Source: Bacteroidaceae bacterium (lineage in GTDB: Bacteria > Bacteroidota > Bacteroidia > Bacteroidales > Bacteroidaceae). From it: 64,000 nucleotides of DNA. The notes below the pieces were generated by a model, which saw only the letters and a program-made list of their open reading frames with translations, was not told the DNA's origin and did no database searches. Position numbers and translations under genes: made by a program. Each line of letters begins with the position of its first letter. Position 1 is the stretch's first letter. Positions 16,998 through 26,310 of the stretch are shown piece after piece. The stretch lies in contig JAZURY010000025.1 in assembly GCA_045606445.1 (NCBI GenBank), positions 12,982 through 76,981 of the forward strand. The letters run 5' to 3'.

Positions 16998-17026
16998 GGG
17001 ATCCAAGGACCGGACCCTCCCCCCAA

Positions 17027-17047
17027 CCCCTCCCTGCGAGGGAGGGG
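17027..17047 (+). terminator. Hairpin CCCCTCCCT-GCG-AGGGAGGGG after argC (no T-run)
   Basis: 9-bp stem, preceded by CCCCAACCCCTCCCT as at 15743. Confidence 0.4.
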
Positions 17048-17194
17048 AGTGGTTACGGACGTTAATTTGAGGACTCGGCATGAGGAGTTCGCTAATAAAA
17101 TAATGTAATCGGACACGTCATGCCGTGTCCCTACCTTCCCAGAACATCATACTCCCTCCCTTGTGGAGGGGTAAGGGGGAGGGTCTTTAATACT

Positions 17195-18325
17195 ATGGAA
17201 CTATTCGACGTTTATCCCCTTTTCGACATTGCCATAGACCGTGGCGAGGGATGCCACGTATGGGACGAGGAGGGAACAGAATACCTTGACCTCTATGGTG
17301 GTCATGCCGTCATCAGCATAGGTCATGCACATCCCCATTATGTCGAGGCCATTGCCTCGCAGGTGGCACGTCTGGGCTTTTACAGCAACTCGGTGCAGAA
17401 CCCCTTGCAGAAGGACCTCGCCCTCACTCTGGGCAAGGTGTCCGGCTACGAGGACTATCAGTTGTTTCTCATTAACTCCGGTGCCGAGGCCAACGAGAAC
17501 GCACTGAAACTGGCCTCTTTCCACAACGGCCGCACTCGTGTGCTCTCTGCCGAGAAGGCCTTCCATGGCCGTACCTCTCTGGCCGTTGAGGCTACCGCCA
17601 ATCCCAAGATTATCGCTCCCATCAATGCCAACGGCCATGTCACCTATCTGCCCATCAACGAGATAGAACCCTGGCGTGCCGAGATAGAGAAAGACGACGT
17701 GTGCGCCGTCATCATCGAGTGCATACAGGGTGTGGGCGGTATCCGCATGGTGGAGGCTGGCTTCCTGAAGGAACTGCAGGCTCTGTGCGAGGCTCACAAC
17801 ACCGTCCTCATCTGCGACGAGATACAGTGCGGCTACGGCCGTTCCGGCAAGTTCTTTGCCCACCAGCATCTGGGCGTGCGCCCCGACATGATCACCGTGG
17901 CCAAGGGCATCTGCAACGGCTTCCCCATGGGAGGCGTCCTCATTTCGCCCAAGTTCACCCCCGTCTACGGACAGTTGGGCACCACCTTCGGAGGCAACCA
18001 CCTCGGTTGTGCCGGAGCCTTGGCAGTGCTGGATGTTATCGAGAGCGAGGGACTTGTGGAGAATGCCGCCCAAGTGGGCGACTATATCATGGAGCAGTTG
18101 CGTGCCATGAACCTGCCTCACGTGGTGGACGTGCGCGGACGCGGCCTGATGATAGGCATAGAACTGGACATCCCCTACAAGGAACCCCGTACCCGTCTTA
18201 TCAAGGAGGAGCACATCTTCACCGGTTGTTCCGGCACCAATGTCATCCGTCTGCTTCCCCCTCTGTGCCTCACTAAGGCCGAGGCCGACCGTTTCCTGGA
18301 GGCTTTCCGCAAAGTACTGTCGTAA
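17195..18325 (+). CDS. argD: Acetyl/succinyl-ornithine aminotransferase (class III PLP)
   Basis: From ATG 17195: EGTEYLDLYGGHAVISIGHAHP, LICDEIQCGYGRSGKFFA and TVAKGICNGFPMG (PLP lysine region). Confidence 0.9.
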   Translation: MELFDVYPLFDIAIDRGEGCHVWDEEGTEYLDLYGGHAVISIGHAHPHYVEAIASQVARLGFYSNSVQNPLQKDLALTLGKVSGYEDYQLFLINSGAEANENALKLASFHNGRTRVLSAEKAFHGRTSLAVEATANPKIIAPINANGHVTYLPINEIEPWRAEIEKDDVCAVIIECIQGVGGIRMVEAGFLKELQALCEAHNTVLICDEIQCGYGRSGKFFAHQHLGVRPDMITVAKGICNGFPMGGVLISPKFTPVYGQLGTTFGGNHLGCAGALAVLDVIESEGLVENAAQVGDYIMEQLRAMNLPHVVDVRGRGLMIGIELDIPYKEPRTRLIKEEHIFTGCSGTNVIRLLPPLCLTKAEADRFLEAFRKVLS

Positions 18326-18327
18326 AC

Positions 18328-19071
18328 ATGAAGATTACAGTCATAGGCACCGGCAACATGGGCGGTGCGCTGGTAAAGGGATGGTGCCGGGCAGGACTTG
18401 CCCGGGACATTGCCATTACGGCCCGTACCCTGGCCACCTTGGAACGTTACACCTCCGTATATCCCCAGTTGACGGCCCACACAGACAATGTGCAGGCCGT
18501 GCAGGGAGCCGACGTTGTTGTCCTTGCCGTCAAGCCCTGGCTTGTGGACGAGGTAGTGGCAGAGATACAGCCTGCCTTGGGCACAGCCGTTTTGGTCAGT
18601 GTGGCAGCCGGAGTGCGCCACGAGCGCATAGACGTGTATGCCATGCCCAACATTGCCGTGGAGTATGGCGAGGGCATGACTTTCATAGAAGAAGCATCCC
18701 CTTATAATATAAATAAGGTGTCGGAACTCTTCTCCCTCTGTGGGCGTGTGCAGGTGGTGCCGGCAAAGCAGATGTCTGCCGGCATGCAGGTCTCCGGTTG
18801 CGGCATAGCATACGTGATGCGCTATGTGCGTGCCATGATGGAAGGCGGTGTGGAACTCGGTCTTCGTCCCGACGAAGCACGTCAGGCCGTCCTTCAGACC
18901 ATGAAGGGAGCCGTGGCCGTACTCGAGGAGAGCGGACGCCATCCCGAGGATGCCATAGATGCCGTCACCACCCCAGGCGGATACACCATCCGTGGACTCA
19001 ACGCCATGGAGGATGCAGGCTTCACCCGTTCCGTACTGGCAGGGTTGAAGGCCAATGAACAGAAGAAATAG
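18328..19071 (+). CDS. proC: Pyrroline-5-carboxylate reductase
   Basis: MKITVIGTGNMGGALVKGW NADP-binding N-terminus and the C-terminal TTPGGYTIRGL motif. Confidence 0.9.
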   Translation: MKITVIGTGNMGGALVKGWCRAGLARDIAITARTLATLERYTSVYPQLTAHTDNVQAVQGADVVVLAVKPWLVDEVVAEIQPALGTAVLVSVAAGVRHERIDVYAMPNIAVEYGEGMTFIEEASPYNINKVSELFSLCGRVQVVPAKQMSAGMQVSGCGIAYVMRYVRAMMEGGVELGLRPDEARQAVLQTMKGAVAVLEESGRHPEDAIDAVTTPGGYTIRGLNAMEDAGFTRSVLAGLKANEQKK

Positions 19072-19072
19072 C

Positions 19073-19858
19073 ATGAAAAGAATAGCCGTAAAGATAGGCA
19101 GTGCAGTGCTCACCCGGGCCGACGGCACTCTGGACGTTACACGTCTGTCGTCTCTCGTAGACCAGATTGCCGAATTGCGCCACCGTGGCATAGAGGTCAT
19201 TCTCATTTCCTCCGGTGCCGTGGCATCGGGTAGGGGAGAGTTGCACCTCAGTCAGCAGAGCACTCTGGAGATGGACTCCGTGGAACAGCGCCAGTTGTTC
19301 TCTGCCGTGGGTCAGGCAAAACTCATAAACCGCTACTACGACTTCCTGCGTGAGCACCATATCCCCGTGGGTCAGGTGCTGACGCAGAAGAACGACTTTG
19401 ACTCCGAGGAGCACCGCGAGAACATGCGCCGTTGCATGGAAGTGATGCTCTCGCATGGTGTCTTGCCCGTAGTGAACGAAAACGACACCGTCTGCATCAC
19501 CGAACTCATGTTCACCGACAACGACGAACTTTCCGGCCTCATTGCCCGTCTGATGGGCGCCGACACCCTCATCCTGCTGAGCAACGTGGATGGCCTCTAC
19601 AACGGTCGTCCGGGCGATGAAGGCGTCAGCCTCATACCCGTAGTGGATGCAGGTCGCGATGTCAGCGAATACATACAGACGGAGAAGTCCGGTGCCGGAC
19701 GTGGAGGCATGCAGAGCAAGTGCAAGACTGCTATGGAGGTAGCGGCCTCCGGCATAGACGTGCTTTTGGCACGCGGTAGCCGCGAGAATGTGCTCGTGGA
19801 CCTCGTGACCAATGCCCCTGCCGTGCCACATACCCACTTCCAGCCCGGAAAACCTTAA
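19073..19858 (+). CDS. proB: Glutamate 5-kinase (short form without PUA domain)
   Basis: From ATG 19073: MKRIAVKIGSAVLTRADGTLD, EVILISSGAVASG and VNENDTV amino-acid-kinase motifs. Confidence 0.85.
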   Translation: MKRIAVKIGSAVLTRADGTLDVTRLSSLVDQIAELRHRGIEVILISSGAVASGRGELHLSQQSTLEMDSVEQRQLFSAVGQAKLINRYYDFLREHHIPVGQVLTQKNDFDSEEHRENMRRCMEVMLSHGVLPVVNENDTVCITELMFTDNDELSGLIARLMGADTLILLSNVDGLYNGRPGDEGVSLIPVVDAGRDVSEYIQTEKSGAGRGGMQSKCKTAMEVAASGIDVLLARGSRENVLVDLVTNAPAVPHTHFQPGKP

Positions 19859-19906
19859 AGTCCTTAAAGTCCTTAAGGTCCTTAAAGTCTCTAAGGTCCT
19901 TAAGGT
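19853..19906. repeat. Six tandem 9-mers (CCTTAAAGT type), each carrying TAA in the proB frame
   Basis: TAA occurs at 19856 (the proB stop), 19865, 19874, 19883, 19892 and 19901. The units contain the palindrome CTTAAG. Confidence 0.9.
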
Positions 19907-19931
19907 CCCTTCCCTTTAACCCCCAACCCCT

Positions 19932-21098
19932 ATGGAATCAGAATACATAAAACTCGCCTCGCGCCACCTCGCCTCCCTGGGCGCGGAAACCATAAATTCC
20001 CTGCTTGTGGACATGGCCGATGCCGTGGAGCGCAGCACCGAAACCATACTGGCAGCCAATGCCCACGACCTGGAGCGCATGGACCCTGCCGATCCCAAAT
20101 ACGACCGTTTGCGCCTTACCGCAGAGCGCATATCAGGCATAGCATCGGATTGCCGCAATGTGGCATCCCTGCCATCCCCCCTTGGCCGTGTGCTCAGTCA
20201 TAGAGTACTGGATAACGGGCTGGACATCAGCCGCATCAGCGTACCCTTTGGGGTCATCGGCGTTATCTATGAGGCACGCCCCAACGTAACCCTCGATGTT
20301 GCCGCCCTCTGCCTGAAGGCAGGTTCTGCCGTGGTGCTAAAGGGCGGTTCGGATGCCGAGGAGAGCAACAAGGCTATCTGTGCCGTTATCCACAACGTCC
20401 TGTTCGAGCACGGTCTGGACCCTGCCACCGTCACCCTTCTGCCTGCCACACGCGAGGCAACGGCCGAACTCCTTTCTGCCGAGGGTCTGGTGGACCTTAT
20501 CATCCCCCGCGGTTCTGCCGGACTGATACGCTATGTGCGCGAGAACTCCAAGGTTCCCGTCATCGAGACCGGTGCCGGAGTGGTGCACTGCTATGTCGAC
20601 AAGGATGCCGACATGGACAAGGCAAAGCGCATTGTCCATAATGCCAAGTGCCGCCGTGTCAGTGTTTGCAACGCCTTGGACTGTCTGCTGGTGCACAAGG
20701 ACCTGGAACCTCGCCTGGCGGAATTGCTTGCCCCCATGCAGGGACAGGTGGAGTTCCACTATGGCGAATATGGCCGCGAGTGGCTCTCGCACGATCTGAG
20801 CATACGCATCGTCAGCGGACTGGACGAGGCCCTGGCGCATATCCGTACCTACGGTTCCGGCCATAGCGAGAGTATAGTTACGGAGAACCAGCATACCGCC
20901 GACCGCTTCCTCCTCGAGGTGGATGCCGCCTGTGTCTACCACAATGCCCCCACCTCCTTTACCGACGGGGCGCAGTTCGGACTTGGTGCCGAGATAGGCA
21001 TCTCCACCCAGAAACTCCACGCCCGTGGCCCCATGGCACTGGAGGAGATAACCACCAGCAAGTATGTAATAAGGGGTAATGGGCAGACGAGAAATTAA
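19932..21098 (+). CDS. proA: Gamma-glutamyl phosphate reductase
   Basis: [39 protein letters not shown], and [10 protein letters not shown] containing the catalytic Cys. Confidence 0.9.
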   Translation: MESEYIKLASRHLASLGAETINSLLVDMADAVERSTETILAANAHDLERMDPADPKYDRLRLTAERISGIASDCRNVASLPSPLGRVLSHRVLDNGLDISRISVPFGVIGVIYEARPNVTLDVAALCLKAGSAVVLKGGSDAEESNKAICAVIHNVLFEHGLDPATVTLLPATREATAELLSAEGLVDLIIPRGSAGLIRYVRENSKVPVIETGAGVVHCYVDKDADMDKAKRIVHNAKCRRVSVCNALDCLLVHKDLEPRLAELLAPMQGQVEFHYGEYGREWLSHDLSIRIVSGLDEALAHIRTYGSGHSESIVTENQHTADRFLLEVDAACVYHNAPTSFTDGAQFGLGAEIGISTQKLHARGPMALEEITTSKYVIRGNGQTRN

Positions 21099-21335
21099 AC
21101 GGAAAACGGAAATTGGAAAACGGTGAGCGTGGTGCGGATGAGCGGTAAGTGGAAAAGTTAACACCCAACAGTAGGGACGCAGCGTGCTGCGTCCGCAAGA
21201 CAACAGGAAGAGATAATTCAGACGCTTAAACCTCCTTACTCGCAAAACACTCTGCCTTTAACCTATTCGGACGCTGCACGCAGCGTCCCTACCTTTCCTG
21301 TTCCTCCGCTCCCCGCTCCCCGTTAAAATAAAGAT
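21099..21335. repeat. Composite dyad-symmetric intergenic module: purine-rich short repeats / REP / spacer / inverted REP / inverted short repeats
   Basis: Left: ACGGAAAACGGAAATTGGAAAACGGTGAGCGTGGTGCGGATGAGCGGTAAGTGG. REPs: GTAGGGACGCAGCGTGCTGCGTCCGC (21171-21196) and CGGACGCTGCACGCAGCGTCCCTAC (21268-21292). Right: CCTGTTCCTCCGCTCCCCGCTCCCCGTT. Confidence 0.85.
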
Positions 21336-22307
21336 ATGAAAACTTTTCTCAATGTACAAGACCTTGGCGACCTGAAGCAGGCACTGGCCGAGGCACGCGA
21401 AATCAAGCAGGACCGTTTCAAGTATGTGGAACTTGGTCGCAACAAGACCGCCCTGCTCGTATTCTTCAACAACAGTCTGCGCACACGCCTTTCCACACAG
21501 AAGGCTGCCCTGAACCTTGGCATGAATGTCATTGTGCTGGATGTCAATGCAGGAGCCTGGAAACTGGAAACCGAGCGCGGTGTCATCATGGACGGTGACA
21601 AGAGCGAACATCTGCTGGAGGCCATTCCCGTGATGAGCAGTTATTGCGATGTCATTGGTATCCGCTCCTTTGCAGGTCTTACCGACCGCGAGTATGACTA
21701 TGCCGAGACCGTCTACAACCAGTTTGTGAAGTACTCTGGTAAGCCCGTCTTTGCCATGGAGACCGCCACCGTGCATCCACTGCAGGCTTTTGCCGACCTC
21801 ATTACTATCGAGGAGCACAAGCAGACGGCACGTCCCAAGGTGGTGCTCACCTGGGCTCCCCATCCCCGTGCCCTGCCGCAGGCCGTTCCCAACAGTTTTG
21901 CCGAGTGGATGAATGCCGCCGACGTGGACTTCGTCATCACCCATCCCGAGGGTTATGAACTGGATCCCGCCTTTGCCGGCAACGCCCGTGTGGAGTACGA
22001 CCAGATGAAAGCCTTTGAGGGTGCCGATTTCGTCTATGCCAAGAACTGGTCATGCCCCGGCGTGACACGTCCCGAGGACTATGGCAAGATACTGGCCGAC
22101 TATCACGACATGCTCGACTGGACCGTGTCCGACCGTCAGATGGCAGTTACCAACAACGCACGCTTCATGCACTGTCTGCCCGTACGCCGCGGCATGATTG
22201 TCACCGACCAGGTCATCGAGGCACCCACCTCTCTCGTCATCCCCGAGGCCGCCAACCGCGAGATTTCTGCCACCGTGGTGCTCAAGCGCATCCTGGAAAG
22301 TCTCTAA
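21336..22307 (+). CDS. argF: N-acyl(succinyl/acetyl)-L-ornithine carbamoyltransferase, ArgF' type
   Basis: FFNNSLRTRLS replaces the classical STRTR. HCLPVRRG carbamoyl-phosphate/ornithine motif is present. Length (323 aa) and N-terminus resemble Bacteroides ArgF'. Confidence 0.85.
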   Translation: MKTFLNVQDLGDLKQALAEAREIKQDRFKYVELGRNKTALLVFFNNSLRTRLSTQKAALNLGMNVIVLDVNAGAWKLETERGVIMDGDKSEHLLEAIPVMSSYCDVIGIRSFAGLTDREYDYAETVYNQFVKYSGKPVFAMETATVHPLQAFADLITIEEHKQTARPKVVLTWAPHPRALPQAVPNSFAEWMNAADVDFVITHPEGYELDPAFAGNARVEYDQMKAFEGADFVYAKNWSCPGVTRPEDYGKILADYHDMLDWTVSDRQMAVTNNARFMHCLPVRRGMIVTDQVIEAPTSLVIPEAANREISATVVLKRILESL

Positions 22308-22378
22308 AGCCCCTAAGACTCTAAAGACTCTAAGGACCCTAAGGACCCTAAAGTCCCTAAGCCCCCTAAAGTCCCTAA
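22299..22378. repeat. About eight tandem 9-mers (GACTCTAAA / GACCCTAAG / GTCCCTAAA)
   Basis: Begins inside the last codons of argF and runs 70 bp beyond the stop. Related to the 19853 array. Confidence 0.9.
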
Positions 22379-22405
22379 ACGCGCAATTCTTCCACTGGCA
22401 ACGAT

Positions 22406-22442
22406 AATATGCACGGTTTCCTTTGAGACTGTGCATATTTTT
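22406..22442 (+). terminator. Intrinsic terminator after argF
   Basis: ATATGCAC-N16-GTGCATAT followed by TTTTTT. Confidence 0.7.
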
Positions 22443-22444
22443 TG

Positions 22445-22452
22445 CTATCTTT
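22445..22452 (+). promoter_or_regulatory. -7 promoter box TATCTTTG upstream of the sialidase gene
   Basis: Matches TAnnTTTG, 54 bp before ATG 22506. Confidence 0.4.
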
Positions 22453-22505
22453 GTCCCCGCTTAAGACGCCATAACTCACTATTACATAACCTAAACAACC
22501 AAAGA

Positions 22506-25500
22506 ATGAAGAAGTTTTATCTCCTCCTCGTAGCCATGCTCTGCGGTGTGGCTGCGACTTGGGCGCAGGACGCAAACACCTCGTGGTCGGTGGGTTCTGC
22601 CGCCAACGACAAGGCCAACATCACATGGATTGGTTTCACCGTCCCCACAGTGAACGACGAGGGCGATGCCGTGACAGAGGTTCCCCTGCACAACATCCAC
22701 CTCTGTACCAACAAGAACAACAGTGGCGAGAAGACCGCCTACATGGTAATCTCCTCCACCAAGGACATCAATGGCAAGGTGGGCATCTCCACCAACAATC
22801 CCGAACCTCAGCACAATGCCCTGATAGAATACACTTTTGAAGACATCACCCTGCAGGCTGGAAGCACCTACTACATGTTCTTCTCCACCTCCAATACAAA
22901 TGTGGCATCCTGCGGACAGCGCATTGCCATCGACAATGCGGGTGGCAATTATGAACCCAAGGTTAGTGCCGGCGGTTCCGAACGAACCTGGGTTCCTTAT
23001 TTCAAGGTTAATGTTGCCGATGCCAATGCCGTTCCTCCCGTATTCTCTTCTGTCTACGGTGAGAAGTGGCTCCGCCTTACCAACTGCAACAATGCCAACT
23101 ATGCATGGAGTGCACCCTCTGCCAGCAAGGCAGGTACCGCACAGATGGACATGAGCCAGGAGAACCAGTTGTTCTGTTTCGTGGGCAACAATACCGACGG
23201 TTTCACCATCTACAGCAAGACGCTCGGTGAGGATTACAAACTCAACGCCAGCACTTCTCCCGGCGACGGCACTGTGGCTTCATGGACCACCGGTGACGCA
23301 GCAAAGTGGTTCCTGGACATGAGTCAGAACTCTGCCGCCACCAAGCCCGGTATCGGTGTCACCACCAACGTGGCAGGCGGTTTCTCCCTGAACATGTATG
23401 GCGGAGCAGGCGGCGACCTGAAGTTCTACGGCATTACCGATGCCGGTTCACGCTGGAGCATCAGCCGTGTCAACCCTGAGGCACTGGACATCACCTTTGC
23501 CGTAACGGGCGAGACCAAGTATCCCGAGACAAACACCCGCATCGGTGACTTCAAACTGACATACGGTACCACCACATCCACCACCACCGTTACCAAGGAC
23601 CTGGACGGCACTGCCATGAAGTTCTACCTGCCCTACGGACAGGAGGTGAGCATGAGCACCTTCACCTACCACGGATGGAACGCATCCATCCAGGAGGGCG
23701 AGAAGACCACCGTCACCTTCACCGGCGACATGGAGAGCGAGTACCAGTACCTCTGGTATCACAACAATCCCCCATACCGCATTCCAGCCATTGCCACACG
23801 CAAGGACGGCAAACTGCTGGCCATCAACGACTACCGTCCCTGTGGCGGTGACATAGGCTTCGGCCGTGTGGACCTGGTACAGCGTATCGGTTCTCCCGAC
23901 GGCACAAAGTGGGAGGAAGGTACGGTCATCATCCAGGGTAACGAGAAGGATTCATGGAAAGGCAATGACGGTTTCGGCGATCCTGCCCTGTGCATCGACC
24001 GCGAGACAGGACGTGTGCTTCTCATCTGCGTGACGGGCCGTACCGTATGCGGCAGTGCCACACGCGAGAACCCCAACCGCATAGCACGTTTCTACAGCGA
24101 GGACGGAGGCGAGACCTACCATAGCGTGGTAGAGGGCCGCGACTCCATCTATGACGACATCACCGAGGAGTTCTACGGCCTTTGGGACACCGAGGCCTAC
24201 AAGGCAGGCGACAAGACCAGCACCGACCAGTACACCGCACAGAGTTTCTTCTTCGGCTCGGGCCGCATCTTCCAGAGTTCCAAGATAAAGGTGGGCGAGT
24301 ACTACCGCATCTATGCCGCCCTGTGGAGCAAGGACATGCACAACCGTGTGGCATACTCCGACGACTTCGGCCTGACGTGGCACATCCTGGGCACACGCGA
24401 GGACATGCCCTTCCCCAACTTCGGCAACGCCAACGAACCCAAGTGTGAGGAACTGCCCAACGGCGACGTCATCATGTCTGCACGCAAGCCTCACGGACGC
24501 TACTACAACATCTTCACCTATTCCGACATAGAGAAGGGCCAGGGTTCATGGGGCACAGGCACCAACAGCAACATCCCTGCTCCCAGCGACTGGAACGGAA
24601 CCAACGGCGAGATTACCACCTATCAGGTGGAGGATGCGGACGGCAACCTCTGCAACATCGCCCTCCAGTCACTGCCTCTCGGTCTGGAAGAATACCAGGG
24701 CGACGTGCGCCGCAATGTAGGTTTCTACTTCAAGGACATTACCAGCCCCTACAGTTACCAGAAGGCAGGCAAGAACGACGTGGCAACCTTTGCCAACGGC
24801 TGGCAGAAGGGCATGGTGGTGAGCACCACCCAGTCAGGCTCCGCTTACAGCACCTTCACCCTGCAGAATGACGGCCGTCTGGGCTTCTTCTACGAGGAGA
24901 CCCCCGGCGGCTACTCCATGGTGTACGTGCCTCTGACCATTTCCGAGATTACCGGTGGCAAGTACGTCCGCATAGTGGGCGATACACAGCCCACCGATGC
25001 CACTCCCTTGGACATCACCTATACATATATGTATGGCGACACGGAATGGTACACTCAGAACGATGTGGCATACGTGGGCGAGAACTTCCCACCCGTCTAT
25101 GAACCGGCATACGTCAGCGCAAGCGGTGCTCCCGAGCGCAAGGCAACTGCCGAGGATGCAGGAAAGAACTTCGTCATCTCCTGCACCTTGAGCGAGGACA
25201 TCCCCTTCCTGCCCTCCGCCTCTTTCGACCAGGGCGTGTGGTATTCGCTCACCATCCGTGGCACGAAGTATCCCCACTACGATGCCTCTACCGGCAAGTT
25301 CCCCTGCGCCACCTCCAAGCAGACGGGCGACAAGACCCTGTTTGCCTTCGTGGGCAACCCCTACACGGGTTACAAGGTACAGAACCTTGCCCTTGGCGAG
25401 GAAAAGGCCGTGGGCGGTACCGTTACCAACAACGGCCACGTCAGTCCCGTTGCTTTCGAGTCTGCCCCCTACTTCGTTCTGGAGGACAACAACGGCCACC

Positions 25501-25769
25501 TTGTATTGCGCAATACAGCAAACTCTCTTGGCTACCTCAACGACATACAGGGCACACTGGGCTACTGGGTCAACGCCTCTGCCGCCACCGATGGAGGTTC
25601 CACACTCACCTTCACCATGGAGCAGAACAACGCTACCGGCATCGTGGAAACTCTGAAAACGGAAAGCGGAAACCAGAAAACAGAAATCTACGACCTGAGC
25701 GGACGTCGCCTCTCAGCCCCTGTAAAGGGTGTCAACATCGTGAACGGCAAGAAGGTGGTAATTAAGTGA
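22506..25769 (+). CDS. Exo-alpha-sialidase (GH33) with extra N- and C-terminal domains and a T9SS C-terminal sorting domain
   Basis: Signal peptide MKKFYLLLVAMLCGVAATWAQ. YRIPAIATRKDG (RIP motif). Asp-boxes SPDGTKW, SEDGGETY and SDDFGLTW. The C-terminal KTEIYDLSGRRLSAPVKGVNIVNGKKVVIK is typical of T9SS type A CTDs. Confidence 0.85.
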   Translation: MKKFYLLLVAMLCGVAATWAQDANTSWSVGSAANDKANITWIGFTVPTVNDEGDAVTEVPLHNIHLCTNKNNSGEKTAYMVISSTKDINGKVGISTNNPEPQHNALIEYTFEDITLQAGSTYYMFFSTSNTNVASCGQRIAIDNAGGNYEPKVSAGGSERTWVPYFKVNVADANAVPPVFSSVYGEKWLRLTNCNNANYAWSAPSASKAGTAQMDMSQENQLFCFVGNNTDGFTIYSKTLGEDYKLNASTSPGDGTVASWTTGDAAKWFLDMSQNSAATKPGIGVTTNVAGGFSLNMYGGAGGDLKFYGITDAGSRWSISRVNPEALDITFAVTGETKYPETNTRIGDFKLTYGTTTSTTTVTKDLDGTAMKFYLPYGQEVSMSTFTYHGWNASIQEGEKTTVTFTGDMESEYQYLWYHNNPPYRIPAIATRKDGKLLAINDYRPCGGDIGFGRVDLVQRIGSPDGTKWEEGTVIIQGNEKDSWKGNDGFGDPALCIDRETGRVLLICVTGRTVCGSATRENPNRIARFYSEDGGETYHSVVEGRDSIYDDITEEFYGLWDTEAYKAGDKTSTDQYTAQSFFFGSGRIFQSSKIKVGEYYRIYAALWSKDMHNRVAYSDDFGLTWHILGTREDMPFPNFGNANEPKCEELPNGDVIMSARKPHGRYYNIFTYSDIEKGQGSWGTGTNSNIPAPSDWNGTNGEITTYQVEDADGNLCNIALQSLPLGLEEYQGDVRRNVGFYFKDITSPYSYQKAGKNDVATFANGWQKGMVVSTTQSGSAYSTFTLQNDGRLGFFYEETPGGYSMVYVPLTISEITGGKYVRIVGDTQPTDATPLDITYTYMYGDTEWYTQNDVAYVGENFPPVYEPAYVSASGAPERKATAEDAGKNFVISCTLSEDIPFLPSASFDQGVWYSLTIRGTKYPHYDASTGKFPCATSKQTGDKTLFAFVGNPYTGYKVQNLALGEEKAVGGTVTNNGHVSPVAFESAPYFVLEDNNGHLVLRNTANSLGYLNDIQGTLGYWVNASAATDGGSTLTFTMEQNNATGIVETLKTESGNQKTEIYDLSGRRLSAPVKGVNIVNGKKVVIK

Positions 25770-25775
25770 GAGCAT

Positions 25776-25980
25776 GGTAGGGACGCTGCGTGCAGCGTCC
25801 GCCAATAAGACCTTGACAATACTCTCGGACGCAGCACGCTGCGTCCCTACAAAGAGTCGGACGCCAGCAACTTGAATGCAGTTATGGTCGTAGTTAAGTG
25901 AGGCGGTAGGGACGCTGCGTGCAGCGCCCGCCAATACCCCCCTTGACAGCACTCTCGGACGCAGCACGCTGCGTCCCTAC
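25776..25980. repeat. Two copies of a ~75-bp unit, each made of two inverted REP hairpins
   Basis: Unit 1 is 25776-25850 and unit 2 is 25905-25980: GGTAGGGACGCTGCGTGCAGCG(T/C)CCGCCAATA...CTTGACA..ACTCTCGGACGCAGCACGCTGCGTCCCTAC. Confidence 0.9.
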
Positions 25981-26010
25981 AGAAGATGGAGTGTCAATAC
26001 ATCAAACCCA

Positions 26011-26056
26011 TTTGGGCGGCCAGGGGCAATCCTCTGGTCGCCCAAATGTTTTTATC
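26011..26056 (+). terminator. Intrinsic terminator downstream of the sialidase gene
   Basis: CATTTGGGCGGCCAG-N10-CTGGTCGCCCAAATG forms a 15-bp stem with one G-U pair that is valid only on the plus strand. It is followed by TTTTTAT. Confidence 0.7.
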
Positions 26057-26310
26057 ATGCCACTTGGGGGTGGATTCGTATCTATGGAACAATGTCCCGC
26101 TGAGGAGCATGACAAATGCCCTCGGGACGTCAAGGGTCGGTCCTCCCGAGGACCAGGCCGAAAGAACCGGGAACTCTCGCCTCGGTCCTCGGGAAGACCA
26201 ATTTGGGGGTTCAGGAATAGCCGAAGGGATTGGCGGGCTCGAACTTGATAATACTCCATTGTATTGCACATGACGTGCGGGCTATGTGCAGTGCAGAGTC
26301 CTTAAAACAT

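Noticed and set aside
26225-26250. tRNA/tmRNA-like T-arm (GTTCGAGCCCGCC on the minus strand)
   Set aside because: There is no complementary 5' T-stem, no acceptor stem and no CCA context. I also found no RNase P, SRP or tmRNA signature blocks nearby.
25986-26273. Four mutually overlapping 89-109-aa ORFs on both strands
   Set aside because: The translations are not protein-like (P/G/R-rich, no motifs) and overlap one another on both strands. The region is better explained as structured non-coding DNA/RNA and is reported as such in a finding.
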